In this document: positions 47,153 to 56,950 of the stretch, one piece after another
Layout of the letters: every line of letters starts with the position of its first letter
Position numbering within the stretch: the first letter of the stretch is position 1
Sequence record: LC819007.1
Reading direction: 5' to 3' (one strand)
Length of the DNA: 64,000 nucleotides
Program-made: the position numbers and the translations under genes
The notes under the pieces: model-generated
What the model saw: only the letters and a program-made list of their open reading frames with translations
The model's database searches: none
What the model was told of the DNA's origin: nothing

Positions 47153-49177
47153 TTAATCCACTCGTGCGATGTCAAGCATGCTGTGGTCAATAAACTTGAC
47201 CATCACTTCCTTTTCACCGCTATCGTAAAGTTTGCGCAAACGATGGTTGCCGTCGAGAATGTAGATCTTCCCCTTCTCGCGAATACCGATCAGCGGCACA
47301 CTCGGGTCAGCCTTTTCCAGTCGGTCCTTGTCGAGGTCCTCGTCACCCTTGACGTTCCACGCCACATCCTTCATCTTGACACTCACCGCTTCGATGTTCT
47401 CAGCGATGTCGAAAATGTCGTTGATGTAGTAGTGCACGCCCCAATGGGTGAACGTGTCGGACTTGTGCTCCTGATAGACTTCGACAGCCGCGCCGGTGTC
47501 TTCCAGCGCTGAGGTAAGCGACCACTCTTCCATCGCGGGCTGCTTCGCCACGACGGGCTCACCCGTCAGGTTCCAGAGCACCAGCTCGACGGTAGCCACT
47601 GCACAGCTATAGAGCAGCTCACCGTTGGAGCCGATATACGCTTTGCGGGTCTTGAAGAACGCTTCGGCTTCCGCGATCGCTTCATCCGAATAGGCGATGT
47701 TCGCCGAGGAGGTGTCACCGTCGAAGTCAGCCGTCAGACGTTGCAGGTGGCTGGAGTGCGGAATCAGCGAATTCACAAACGCCGAGTCCTGGCGCGGGAA
47801 CTCATACGCCACGTACGCGTCACCCGCATCAATCCAGGCATCATCCAGCATGCGTCGCTCGTCGTGCGCCACCGTCACCCGCAGGTGCGTCTTGCTCGGA
47901 TAGATCGAACCGATCCCCGCCACCGGATAGCGCGTCAGGAAGAGCGGGTATTTACCGAAGTGGCGATACACGGACAAATAAAAGAGATCCGTCAGTGTGA
48001 GCGGGCGAACATGCTCACGACTGCGCGTCGGCGGCAACTGCGTGATGTCGTTGAAGACCTTGAACGTGCCATCCGGCCCCAGATACAGCAGGCCCAGATA
48101 GTAACCGTCGATCAAGAGCGGCTGGTTACGGATGTCTTCTTCGCGGAACGAGGCGATGATCTTCTCGATCCCTTCCTGCGTCGCCCACTTGTCATAGTAG
48201 CGCACATGCAGGAAGACGTCGCGAGGACGCCAGGTCTTCGGGTCCACCAAAATAGCGGCCGAGTTGACATCCGGGAACATCTTCGAGAGGAAGTCGCGCA
48301 CCTGGGCAGCGGACACCGGCAAAGTCGCCTGGAGATATTGGTATAGACCCAGGATGGTACTATTGAAGTCGGGGGTGCCTTTTTTGCCCAGCACCGTCAC
48401 GGCCGTGTTCATAGCCGTGATGACGTTCCGCGTACCATTGAAGATCCGACGCGAGGCAACCTTGCCGAGGAAGAGCTTCTTCTTGCCCTTGATCAGCGCC
48501 TCGATCATGTCGTAGAGCGCGACAAAGTTCAGCTGCATATCGAAACGCGGCTTGTCGATCACTTCGGCGTTCGTGCCGAGGCTCGATTCGACGATCACGT
48601 TCGAGAGCGCAATGAACTTGCGGTACAGCGTGTTGATCTCGTCCTCGCTCTTGCGATTGAGTTCGTCGATCTCGATGTCCCGCAGACCCGCAGGCATCAC
48701 CACGACATAACGGGTGAGCGCGGTTTCCTTGTGGGCTTCCACGAGCTTGATGTACTCGGCCCGGATGTTGGAGGTGCCCTGCTCGTAGTTGATCTCTTTC
48801 CAGTGTTCGAGGAAAAAGGCGTAACCGGTACGGGCTCCGTCCGAGGGCTTGCCCTTGACGAAGTCTTTCTGGCTGTCGTCCCACAGCGCCCAGGCTTTAC
48901 CAGCCATGATGTCGCCATAGAAGCGCTTGAGCTTCGTGATCGCCATGAAAATGAGCGGGTGGAAGATCGGTGCCTTGATGTCGATATAACCAAACAGCAG
49001 GCTACGACGTTCATCACCCACCCGACCGAAGATGTCTGTGGAGAACAGACCTTCGGGGTGGAAGTTGGTGGTCGCGCCGTCGAAGATATCGAGGGCCTTG
49101 ACCTGTTTGACGCTTTTCAGTTTTTCCGGTGTGAGATTCAGCAGCCCAATGTTAAAGGGCACAGACATTTTTTGCAT
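47153..49177 (-). CDS. rpoC: Virion RNA polymerase beta' catalytic (middle) subunit (phiKZ gp180-like) with C-terminal ParB/Srx-like extension
   Basis: GLFSTDIFG, RRIFNGTRNVI, TRYPVAG, catalytic ADFDGD; C-terminal PLIGIREKGKIYILDGNHRL. Confidence 0.92.
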   Translation of the reverse strand: MQKMSVPFNIGLLNLTPEKLKSVKQVKALDIFDGATTNFHPEGLFSTDIFGRVGDERRSLLFGYIDIKAPIFHPLIFMAITKLKRFYGDIMAGKAWALWDDSQKDFVKGKPSDGARTGYAFFLEHWKEINYEQGTSNIRAEYIKLVEAHKETALTRYVVVMPAGLRDIEIDELNRKSEDEINTLYRKFIALSNVIVESSLGTNAEVIDKPRFDMQLNFVALYDMIEALIKGKKKLFLGKVASRRIFNGTRNVITAMNTAVTVLGKKGTPDFNSTILGLYQYLQATLPVSAAQVRDFLSKMFPDVNSAAILVDPKTWRPRDVFLHVRYYDKWATQEGIEKIIASFREEDIRNQPLLIDGYYLGLLYLGPDGTFKVFNDITQLPPTRSREHVRPLTLTDLFYLSVYRHFGKYPLFLTRYPVAGIGSIYPSKTHLRVTVAHDERRMLDDAWIDAGDAYVAYEFPRQDSAFVNSLIPHSSHLQRLTADFDGDTSSANIAYSDEAIAEAEAFFKTRKAYIGSNGELLYSCAVATVELVLWNLTGEPVVAKQPAMEEWSLTSALEDTGAAVEVYQEHKSDTFTHWGVHYYINDIFDIAENIEAVSVKMKDVAWNVKGDEDLDKDRLEKADPSVPLIGIREKGKIYILDGNHRLRKLYDSGEKEVMVKFIDHSMLDIARVD

Positions 49178-49292
49178 CTTGAACTCGTTTGAATGTTATG
49201 CAGTGCGGCATGGACTGCTGCATAAATCACGCAGTCGCTGCATCACCAGTGAGGTGGTGCCGGCGGCTGCATGGATTATTAGGAGCTTGTAA

Positions 49293-52200
49293 ATGGCCAG
49301 TCTGTTTAAGGCCAGTGACGTCAACATGAACGACGATCTTGATTTCAATTTCGACGACTTCAATTTTGACGTTCCTGAGCCCAAAGATAATCGCCATCCG
49401 ATTGTCAAAGCCTTAGCCCCGATTGGACGGGGCGCTAAAGATTACGTTACCAGCGGAAGCAACATCGAGAAGTTCCTGAAGGCAGCGATGCCCAAGGGCT
49501 ACGGCCAGGCTTATGACCTCTTCCAAGAGGGTAAGTCGGAGATGAAGCAGCTATATCATAGCGTTGGGGAGGAGATCAAGCCGGCGAAGGATTCGGCTAA
49601 GTCCCTCTTTCGCAAAACGTTGCCTTCGCTCGATGGCAAGATCCCCAAGGGTCTGCAGAAGAAGCTGGAGGAGATGGTCAAGGAAGAACAGCAATGGCAA
49701 TCCAGCCAGGGCGACCATCGTGAAGCACAACTCGGCTCGCTGCTCGAAAGCATTTTCCAGCAAAAGGCCACTGATGAAGTACGCAATCGCGAGGAGACGA
49801 ATACTCGCGAGAAGATCCGTGAAGGCTTTGAGCAGATCCGTCACAAGGACTCGATGAGCCAGCTCGACGCAATTCGCGTCGCAGTGCAGCAGCAGGCGGC
49901 TTACCAGAACAAGATCGAGTACGCGGTCCAGAAGAAGCAACTGGAGTTGCAATACCGGATGTTCTGGGCACTGGCGGATCTGAACAAGGAGCAGAAGAAG
50001 AGCAATGCTTACATTCTCTCCAACCTGAAGGCCATCACGATCAACACCGGGATTCCGGACTTCTCCAAGATCAGTACGCATGAGAGCTTCAAGCAGATCA
50101 TGCGCAACAAGTTCCTGGAAAATGCCCGTGAGGGGATGTTCGGTGGGGCGCAGGACTACTTCCGCAAGTTCGCACGCAACATCAAAGACCAGGTTACCAA
50201 CCGGGTTCGCGATTATGTCTCGCCACTGGAGACGCTGACGTCGACTGCGGATGGCATGGCAGACACCATGTCGGGCATGGAAGGCGTACCGGGCTTCAGC
50301 GCGCGGGACGAGATGATCTCGCAAGGGATGTCGCTTCCGCTTGACTGGGTCTCGAACCGTGCCAGCCAGATGCTTGCCAAGCGACTGGCCAAGAACCGCA
50401 AGCTGCGTCGCGGTGGGGTGAAGGCGGAACACTTCGTCAACACCTTTGGCGATCGCGTGCACGAGCAGCTCACCCGTAGCGACAAGAGCTGGGGTAGCCT
50501 CGAAGGCATTCGTGAATTCCTGGCGAGTGCTGCTCCCTCGAAGCTGCCGGACTCGAAGATGGAAGTCGACCGGCTGGATCGCATGCACGAGCCGAAGCCG
50601 TTCTCGCGCTCGAACAGCAAGAGCCTGGATGAAATCATTCCGGGTTTGCTGGCACGCATCCATCGTGAAATCAAAATCCTGCGCACGGGTGACGAAAGCA
50701 CCCCGCTCACGGTCTACGACTACACGAAGAACAAGTTCTCGACCGAGAAACAGATGGGCTCGGACCTGCGTAAAGCCATCGCAGGGAACTCCACCAAGCA
50801 CGCCAACAACCAAGCGAACAAGATCATCAACAAGATCGATCGCGGTGGCAAGCTGACCCCGGAGCAACGTGAGAAGCTGCGTCAACAACTGATCAAGCGT
50901 GCCGTCAATGGCGAGAACGTAGACATCAGCACGGCGCACATGGCTCACCAGTGGGGCGGTGGGGACGACGGTATGGCTATCGCGGGTGCTTTCAGTAAGT
51001 ACCTGCGGGCAGACGGTGACGGCAAGCTCGGTAACAACGAGCAAGCCTACAAGCGCCAGATCGAATTGCTGCAGGATCATCGCGGTATCGTGGGTGGGAT
51101 TGGCGACCCGCGGGTGCTCTTGCAGATGATGACTAACCAAGGCCAGCTTCAGCAGTTGAAGGAGCTGGGGATTCTGGACGAACGCAACACGGTCAACCGG
51201 GATCTCTACGCCAAGTGGTTGATGGACCCTGAGTCGGTCGCAGCGCCTGCGGGTGCACCGAGCACGACGGGTGCGACACCACGTGGGCTGCGGGCGAACC
51301 AGCCGGGCAAGTTCCGGAAGCGTTCAACAGGCAGCGGTCTTTCCAGTCTTGCTGTGCCGGGTGGTGCAACCGCTTCGTCGGATGTCTCGGCGGAACTGAA
51401 AGCCCTCACCGATTCGCTCAACAGTCGCCAGTCTTCGGGCAGCACTGTTGAGAAGAACGTGCAACACATCGCCGATCTGCTCGAAGGGCTGGATGCGAAG
51501 TACATGCACGCGACAGACTCCAACCACGCGGTACTGGGTGCGATGCTGCAGCAGTTGCAGGTCATTGCCATGGGTGGTGTGGGTGCGGTGGGTAGCACGT
51601 CCCTGGGTGGTGGTGCACCGGGTGCTTTTGTGGGTCCGATGCCGCAAGGTACGAAGTCCTACACTTCGCTCTGGGAACACGTCAAGGGTGTGGGTGGTGA
51701 GCAAGCCTCGCGGGCTAAGGATGCGGCCAAAGCTGCAGCGTCCAAAGCTCATGGCATCTGGTCGAAGTACGCGCCCAAGGCACGTAACGTACTGGGTTCG
51801 GGTTGGAACAAGACCAAGACAGCGACGCTGAACACCGCTGGCAAGCTGAAGGACTACTACGGCGACGTGGTGGTCTCGGGTGAAGTCTTCCCGCGTCTGC
51901 GTGCCCAGCTGTTGAAGGCGGGCGAGTATCGTGACAAGGCCACGGGTCGGGTCATTACCTCGCTGGATGAAATCACGGGTGACGTGGTGGACTCTGCCGG
52001 TAACCTGGTGATTACGCTCGATGAGTTCTACGACTCGTATATCACCGGCAGCATCAACAAGAAGGTCAAGGACCTGTTCGGTGGTCTGGCCGATAAGGTC
52101 AAGAACGGGTATCATCGCTTGGCGAACTGGATGCCGGGGAAGATCTCGGCGCTGAAGAACCTGGTGATGGGCGGGATTGAAAAAGCTCGCAATATGCTGC

Positions 52201-55200
52201 CGCCCTACGACGTGTATGTCAAGAACGACATGCAACGTCCGCTGCTCTACGCGAACCTGATGAAGTTCAACGAATACTACTCGGTGAAAACGGACAAGGT
52301 GTTGACTCACCCCCGCTTTATCGATGGTCCGGTGCGTGACTCCAAGGGTAATATCGTGGTCAGCGAGGATCACCTGAAGATCGGTCTGTGTGACGTTCAG
52401 GGTGACCCGGTGGGTGGGGTGCGTTGGCCGATCAAGACGATCCGCAAGGCGCAAGCCGTGTGGGAGCAGTTGCGTAATGCCACCGCTGGGATCTTTGCTG
52501 CAGTAGGCAAGGGACTGGGTAACGCCAGCGAGTATTTCAAGAACTTCTTCACCCCGTTCGCGGACATGATCACCAACTCCAAAAAGACGGTGAACTTGCT
52601 CGAAGAGATCCGGGACATTCTTGACGCGCGCATGCCGGGCAAGAAGGTTCGTGGGGATTCGGACGGCGATGGTATTCGTGACGGTTCGCTGGAAGATCAG
52701 CATCGTCACAAGGCCAAAGACAAGGAAGAGAAGGAACACGAAGAGGAACGCGAAGGCGGTGGTGGTGGCGGTAGGATGAAGTCGCTCCTGGCTGCAATTG
52801 GCGGTCTCTTCGGTGGCAAGAAAAAGAAGGGCGAAGACGACGAGCACGAAGAGCATGAGGATCACGAATCCCTGCTCGACGAAGTCCATGACGCAGCCGA
52901 CATCTACGACGACGTGCGTGGGGGCGGTAGCGACAAGAGCGCCCGTCGTAAGGCCGCTAAGGCGCGTCTGAAGCGCATGAAGGCAGCCAAGGCTAAGCCT
53001 GGGTTCCTGAAGCGCTTGTTCAGTCGTGGTGGTAAAGCAGGCAAGGCCAGCAAGCTCGGTCGTCTGGGTCGCTTTGCACGGGCTGGGATGTTTAACACCA
53101 GGGGTGTGCGTGCAGCAGGTAGTGCAGCCGGTGGGATTGGCTCAGCTGCGCTGCGCGGCGGTCTGTGGGGCGCAGGTAAGGCAGGTAAGGGCGCGTTGGG
53201 TCTGGGTCGCTGGGCAACCGGTGGCTCGAAGCTTGCCAAGCTTGCTCGCTGGGGGATGTTCAATACGGACCTGGTGGGTGGAGCTGCGAAGGGTATCGGC
53301 TTCCTCGGTCGCAATGCTGGTTTGCTGGGTCGCGGTCTGGGCTTGGCAGGCACAGCGATGTCGGCGTACAGCATGGCCAACAACCTGAGTCAAGGTAACT
53401 ACGGCGCAGCTGCGGGTGACGCAGCGATGGGCGTGGGTGGCTTGGCCATTTCAGGTCTCGGTGTGGGCGGTACGTTGGGTGCAATTGGTACGGGCTTGGG
53501 TGCGGTACTGGCCTCGCCGTTTCTGTTGCCCGCCCTGGGTGCTGCAGCAGTCGTGGGTGGTCTCGGCATGATGGGCTACGCGGCCTATAAGTACATGAAG
53601 AAGACCAAGCTCACGAACCTCTCGAAACTGCGTCTGGCACAGTACGGTTTCTCGTCGGATGACGAGGACTCGATGGCGAAGATCTTCCAGCTCGAACAGA
53701 CGCTGGAACCGCTTGTGACAATCAAGGAAGATGGCAACATGTACCTTGATGAGAAGAAGCTGGATCTGAAGGGTATCGCTGAGTCGTTCGATATCCACGC
53801 CCAGAAGGACATGGAACTTTTCAACATGTGGTACAAGCGGCGCTTCGTGCCGGTGTATCGCACCTGGATGCAAGAGATGCGCAAGCGTGCTCCGGACGGC
53901 AAGATCGCCAAGATCGAAGACGTCATCCCGGGTAAGGAGAAGCTGCAGGTAGCGACTTCGGCGGTTGAGAAGAACGTGGACTCGTACTCGCATATGGTCG
54001 GCTGGAACATGAACCAGCTGCATCTGGCCTACGACTACGACGGCGTGAAGGGCGTGCTGGATTCGATCCGCATGGATCTGGAGAAGGAACGCGAAAGCGA
54101 CGGCGGGGCCAAAGCGGAAGCTGTGCAGCAGGATGGCACGTCGAGCACCCGCAGTGCGGCAGGGCTGGCAGCATTGGCGCTGAAAGACTCGGGTCGTTAC
54201 GAAGCCAAGGACAAAGACGGTAACTCAGTCGATGTCACCGGTATGGACGTGGGTGATCTGACCGAGAAGATCAAGAAGGGCGAGATCACGGTAAGCGTAG
54301 CAGTGGCACTGCCCGCGAGTCTGGTACACACAGACAAGAACCGTGTCGATGCACTGGCCAGTATCCGTTATAAGGCCTACGGTCTGAAGTACATGACCGC
54401 CGACAAGGTGCGCATGCTGGGGTCGCTGGAATTGTACATGGGGGATCACCTCACGGACGATCCGGATAATCCCAAGCTGACCACTACGACGGACCAGGTG
54501 ATGAAGGCGGCAGCAGATGTCTTCGGTGTTCCGAACATGACGGGTGAACACGCGCAACGCTGGAAGGTGTGGTTCAACGGTCGTTTCCTGCCAGTGTTCC
54601 TGCTTTGGGCAGGGGCGATGCGCAAGAAGACCGGGAAGACCAAACTCCAGGAAGCAAGTGACGCCTTCAAGATTCAGGACCAGTTGACGACGGCGCGCGC
54701 GATTATCGGTGCGCAAGGGATGGACACGAGCGGCGCGAAAACGTCGATCTGGAACATCACTGCCAATCCGTTCTCGGATACCAGTTTTGAGATGAACACG
54801 GACTCGGACTCGACAGCAAGCAACCTTGAAGCAATCCGGTTGCTGGCAGATAAGGTCCGGCTGGGTGAAGTCTCGGCCACCACCAAGACCGATTCGAATG
54901 GCACCGCAAGTAAAGGGTTCTTCAATTCGCTCAAGGACGGCTACAAAGAGGGCGGCTTGATCAGCGCACTCAAGGCTGGTAAAGACTCCATCATGGGTGG
55001 CCACACCTCCGCTACACAGGCTAATGGCGAGACGGTGCTGAACAAGGATGCCAAGCCGATGACCGGGATGGGCGACCCGGTGAAGATGACGGGAGAGGGC
55101 GGCGGTAACTACGCTCAGCTTCCGAAGTCTAACGGTAAGGGTTGGGCGGCGAACAAAGATCTTATCCTGGCCGCTGCAAAGATGGCCGGTGTTGATCCGA

Positions 55201-56861
55201 AGGCGCTGATCACGACCATTGCGATCGAGTCGGGTTTTGATCCGGACGCAGGCGCTGGGACTTCTTCGGCTAAGGGGTTTGGTCAGTTCATCGACTCCAC
55301 CTGGCTGAGTACGCTGCAAAGCTACGGGAAGAAGTTCGGTATCCCTAACGGTACGAGCCAAGGTGATCCGCGTGCAAATGCGCTGATGACGGCGATGTAC
55401 CTGAAGTCCAACGCGACGGAGCTGCAAAAGAGCATTGGTCGCGCACCCACGATGACCGATCTGTATCTGGCTCACTTCCTGGGTCCGCAAGGTGCGAAGG
55501 ATTTCTTGAAGGCTCCTGATTCGGCTGTTGCTGCTGAGCTGTTCCCGAAGGCAGCACGAGCGAACAAGAATATCTTCTACGACGGTGCTCGCGCACTGAC
55601 GGTTAAAGAGATCTACAACAAACTGGCGGGCATGGTTGCCAAGAAGCCGGCTCAGTTTAACATCACTGAGTCGGACATGAAGGGCAGTGACTCAGGTCCG
55701 ACGCCTGGTGCGCCCAGCACCGGTGGCGCTAGCAGCGATAGCACGGCGGCTTCTCCGCCGACAGCAGGTGGTGGCGCTGGACAAGCTGCACAGTCCGGCC
55801 CGGCTCCGCGTGGTAGTGGCGGCTTTCCGTCCACGACCTCTGCGAACGGTACACCGACTGCAGGCTCGGCACGGCTGAGCAATCCGGTGGTGATGGAAGA
55901 CGGCAAGTCCGCTACGATGGGGACGGGTCCGGCTATCGTCAAGAACCCCAACGCCAAGTACGAACTGATCCTTCAACGGGAAGAATCCGAAGATGACGGT
56001 ACGTACGGCACGTTGAAGCTGCCGGATGGCACGACGTTGAATACGCTGGAGTTGCCGTGGCGTAACAACGACCCGCAGACTTCCTGTATCCCGCCGGGTA
56101 GTTACAAGTGTAAGAAGCGTCCTTCTGAACACTTTGGCGCGGCGTACGAAGTCGGTGGGGTGCAGGGTCGCTCGGCTATCCTGATCCATGCCGGTAACAC
56201 GGCTGGGTCGGTGGACAAGGGCATGAAGGCTGACAGCAAGGGTTGTATCTTGCTGGGTATGGATCGAGGTCGTCAGGGTAACCAGAAGGTGATCACCGCA
56301 TCGAAAGCTGCGATGAAACTCTTCTACGACAAGATGCAAGACCAAGACTTCACGCTCACGATCCGTCCGGGTAAGGGTGGCTTGGGCACGGGTGACAGCA
56401 AGTCGGGGGTGAGTTTCGACCCGGTGCGCGGTCCGAGTGCTGCAGCAACAGCAGCTACCCCTGTCGCGCCTCAGGCAGGTACGGGTTCGTTCACGCCGAG
56501 TGGTCCTCGCGGTAGTGGCGGTGCAGCTCCGGTGGCGTCTTCGTCGGATCTGCCGCGCTACAACACGACGGTCACGGGGATTAACCCGGGTGCTCCGACC
56601 AAGGCAGACATGCAAGGTCGGGACGCAGCCATGTCGGACTCGGTAGCACCGAAGCTGGACAACATCGCTAACACGCTGTTGAAGAGCTTGGATGCACAAT
56701 CGGGTATGGCTAACACGCTGACACAGATGTTGAAACTCATGCAGGCCAATGGCGGAAACGTCGCTGCTGCGAGTGACGACAAAGTGAAGCTGGGTAACGC
56801 CAAAGTGAAGCCAGTCTCGGATGTTTCGGTGCCGGTGCCACAACGTCGCACCACGATGTAA
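49293..56861 (+). CDS. Tail tape-measure / lytic transglycosylase protein (phiKZ gp181-like) with an added DUF5675-like domain
   Basis: 2522 aa; coiled-coil N-terminus; Gly/Ala hydrophobic segment; SLT motifs AIESGFDP, SAKGFGQFIDSTW, YLAHFLGPQG; C-terminal TLELPWRNN..SCIPPGSY..ILIHAGN..SKGCILLG. Confidence 0.9.
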   Translation: MASLFKASDVNMNDDLDFNFDDFNFDVPEPKDNRHPIVKALAPIGRGAKDYVTSGSNIEKFLKAAMPKGYGQAYDLFQEGKSEMKQLYHSVGEEIKPAKDSAKSLFRKTLPSLDGKIPKGLQKKLEEMVKEEQQWQSSQGDHREAQLGSLLESIFQQKATDEVRNREETNTREKIREGFEQIRHKDSMSQLDAIRVAVQQQAAYQNKIEYAVQKKQLELQYRMFWALADLNKEQKKSNAYILSNLKAITINTGIPDFSKISTHESFKQIMRNKFLENAREGMFGGAQDYFRKFARNIKDQVTNRVRDYVSPLETLTSTADGMADTMSGMEGVPGFSARDEMISQGMSLPLDWVSNRASQMLAKRLAKNRKLRRGGVKAEHFVNTFGDRVHEQLTRSDKSWGSLEGIREFLASAAPSKLPDSKMEVDRLDRMHEPKPFSRSNSKSLDEIIPGLLARIHREIKILRTGDESTPLTVYDYTKNKFSTEKQMGSDLRKAIAGNSTKHANNQANKIINKIDRGGKLTPEQREKLRQQLIKRAVNGENVDISTAHMAHQWGGGDDGMAIAGAFSKYLRADGDGKLGNNEQAYKRQIELLQDHRGIVGGIGDPRVLLQMMTNQGQLQQLKELGILDERNTVNRDLYAKWLMDPESVAAPAGAPSTTGATPRGLRANQPGKFRKRSTGSGLSSLAVPGGATASSDVSAELKALTDSLNSRQSSGSTVEKNVQHIADLLEGLDAKYMHATDSNHAVLGAMLQQLQVIAMGGVGAVGSTSLGGGAPGAFVGPMPQGTKSYTSLWEHVKGVGGEQASRAKDAAKAAASKAHGIWSKYAPKARNVLGSGWNKTKTATLNTAGKLKDYYGDVVVSGEVFPRLRAQLLKAGEYRDKATGRVITSLDEITGDVVDSAGNLVITLDEFYDSYITGSINKKVKDLFGGLADKVKNGYHRLANWMPGKISALKNLVMGGIEKARNMLPPYDVYVKNDMQRPLLYANLMKFNEYYSVKTDKVLTHPRFIDGPVRDSKGNIVVSEDHLKIGLCDVQGDPVGGVRWPIKTIRKAQAVWEQLRNATAGIFAAVGKGLGNASEYFKNFFTPFADMITNSKKTVNLLEEIRDILDARMPGKKVRGDSDGDGIRDGSLEDQHRHKAKDKEEKEHEEEREGGGGGGRMKSLLAAIGGLFGGKKKKGEDDEHEEHEDHESLLDEVHDAADIYDDVRGGGSDKSARRKAAKARLKRMKAAKAKPGFLKRLFSRGGKAGKASKLGRLGRFARAGMFNTRGVRAAGSAAGGIGSAALRGGLWGAGKAGKGALGLGRWATGGSKLAKLARWGMFNTDLVGGAAKGIGFLGRNAGLLGRGLGLAGTAMSAYSMANNLSQGNYGAAAGDAAMGVGGLAISGLGVGGTLGAIGTGLGAVLASPFLLPALGAAAVVGGLGMMGYAAYKYMKKTKLTNLSKLRLAQYGFSSDDEDSMAKIFQLEQTLEPLVTIKEDGNMYLDEKKLDLKGIAESFDIHAQKDMELFNMWYKRRFVPVYRTWMQEMRKRAPDGKIAKIEDVIPGKEKLQVATSAVEKNVDSYSHMVGWNMNQLHLAYDYDGVKGVLDSIRMDLEKERESDGGAKAEAVQQDGTSSTRSAAGLAALALKDSGRYEAKDKDGNSVDVTGMDVGDLTEKIKKGEITVSVAVALPASLVHTDKNRVDALASIRYKAYGLKYMTADKVRMLGSLELYMGDHLTDDPDNPKLTTTTDQVMKAAADVFGVPNMTGEHAQRWKVWFNGRFLPVFLLWAGAMRKKTGKTKLQEASDAFKIQDQLTTARAIIGAQGMDTSGAKTSIWNITANPFSDTSFEMNTDSDSTASNLEAIRLLADKVRLGEVSATTKTDSNGTASKGFFNSLKDGYKEGGLISALKAGKDSIMGGHTSATQANGETVLNKDAKPMTGMGDPVKMTGEGGGNYAQLPKSNGKGWAANKDLILAAAKMAGVDPKALITTIAIESGFDPDAGAGTSSAKGFGQFIDSTWLSTLQSYGKKFGIPNGTSQGDPRANALMTAMYLKSNATELQKSIGRAPTMTDLYLAHFLGPQGAKDFLKAPDSAVAAELFPKAARANKNIFYDGARALTVKEIYNKLAGMVAKKPAQFNITESDMKGSDSGPTPGAPSTGGASSDSTAASPPTAGGGAGQAAQSGPAPRGSGGFPSTTSANGTPTAGSARLSNPVVMEDGKSATMGTGPAIVKNPNAKYELILQREESEDDGTYGTLKLPDGTTLNTLELPWRNNDPQTSCIPPGSYKCKKRPSEHFGAAYEVGGVQGRSAILIHAGNTAGSVDKGMKADSKGCILLGMDRGRQGNQKVITASKAAMKLFYDKMQDQDFTLTIRPGKGGLGTGDSKSGVSFDPVRGPSAAATAATPVAPQAGTGSFTPSGPRGSGGAAPVASSSDLPRYNTTVTGINPGAPTKADMQGRDAAMSDSVAPKLDNIANTLLKSLDAQSGMANTLTQMLKLMQANGGNVAAASDDKVKLGNAKVKPVSDVSVPVPQRRTTM

Positions 56862-56870
56862 AGACTCGTT

Positions 56871-56915
56871 GCATAGGAGACGGCGGGGGTTGCCCTGCCG
56901 TCTCCTTTATTTTTT
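56871..56915 (+). terminator. Hairpin after the tape-measure gene
   Basis: GGAGACGGCGGG-GGTTG-CCCTGCCGTCTCC followed by TTTATTTTTT. Confidence 0.75.
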
Positions 56916-56950
56916 GAGTCTTTATCCTTTCCTTTCTTTCATCTACGACT

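Noticed and set aside
43338-47156. 1272-aa plus-strand ORF (likewise 20654-22513, 23090-24625, 28716-30215, 34502-36256, 40805-42640)
   Set aside because: Antisense shadows of real genes caused by strong codon bias; no motifs or RBS
52650-53600. Low-complexity charged and Gly/Ala-rich repeats in the tape-measure gene
   Set aside because: Ordinary tape-measure or membrane-spanning segments
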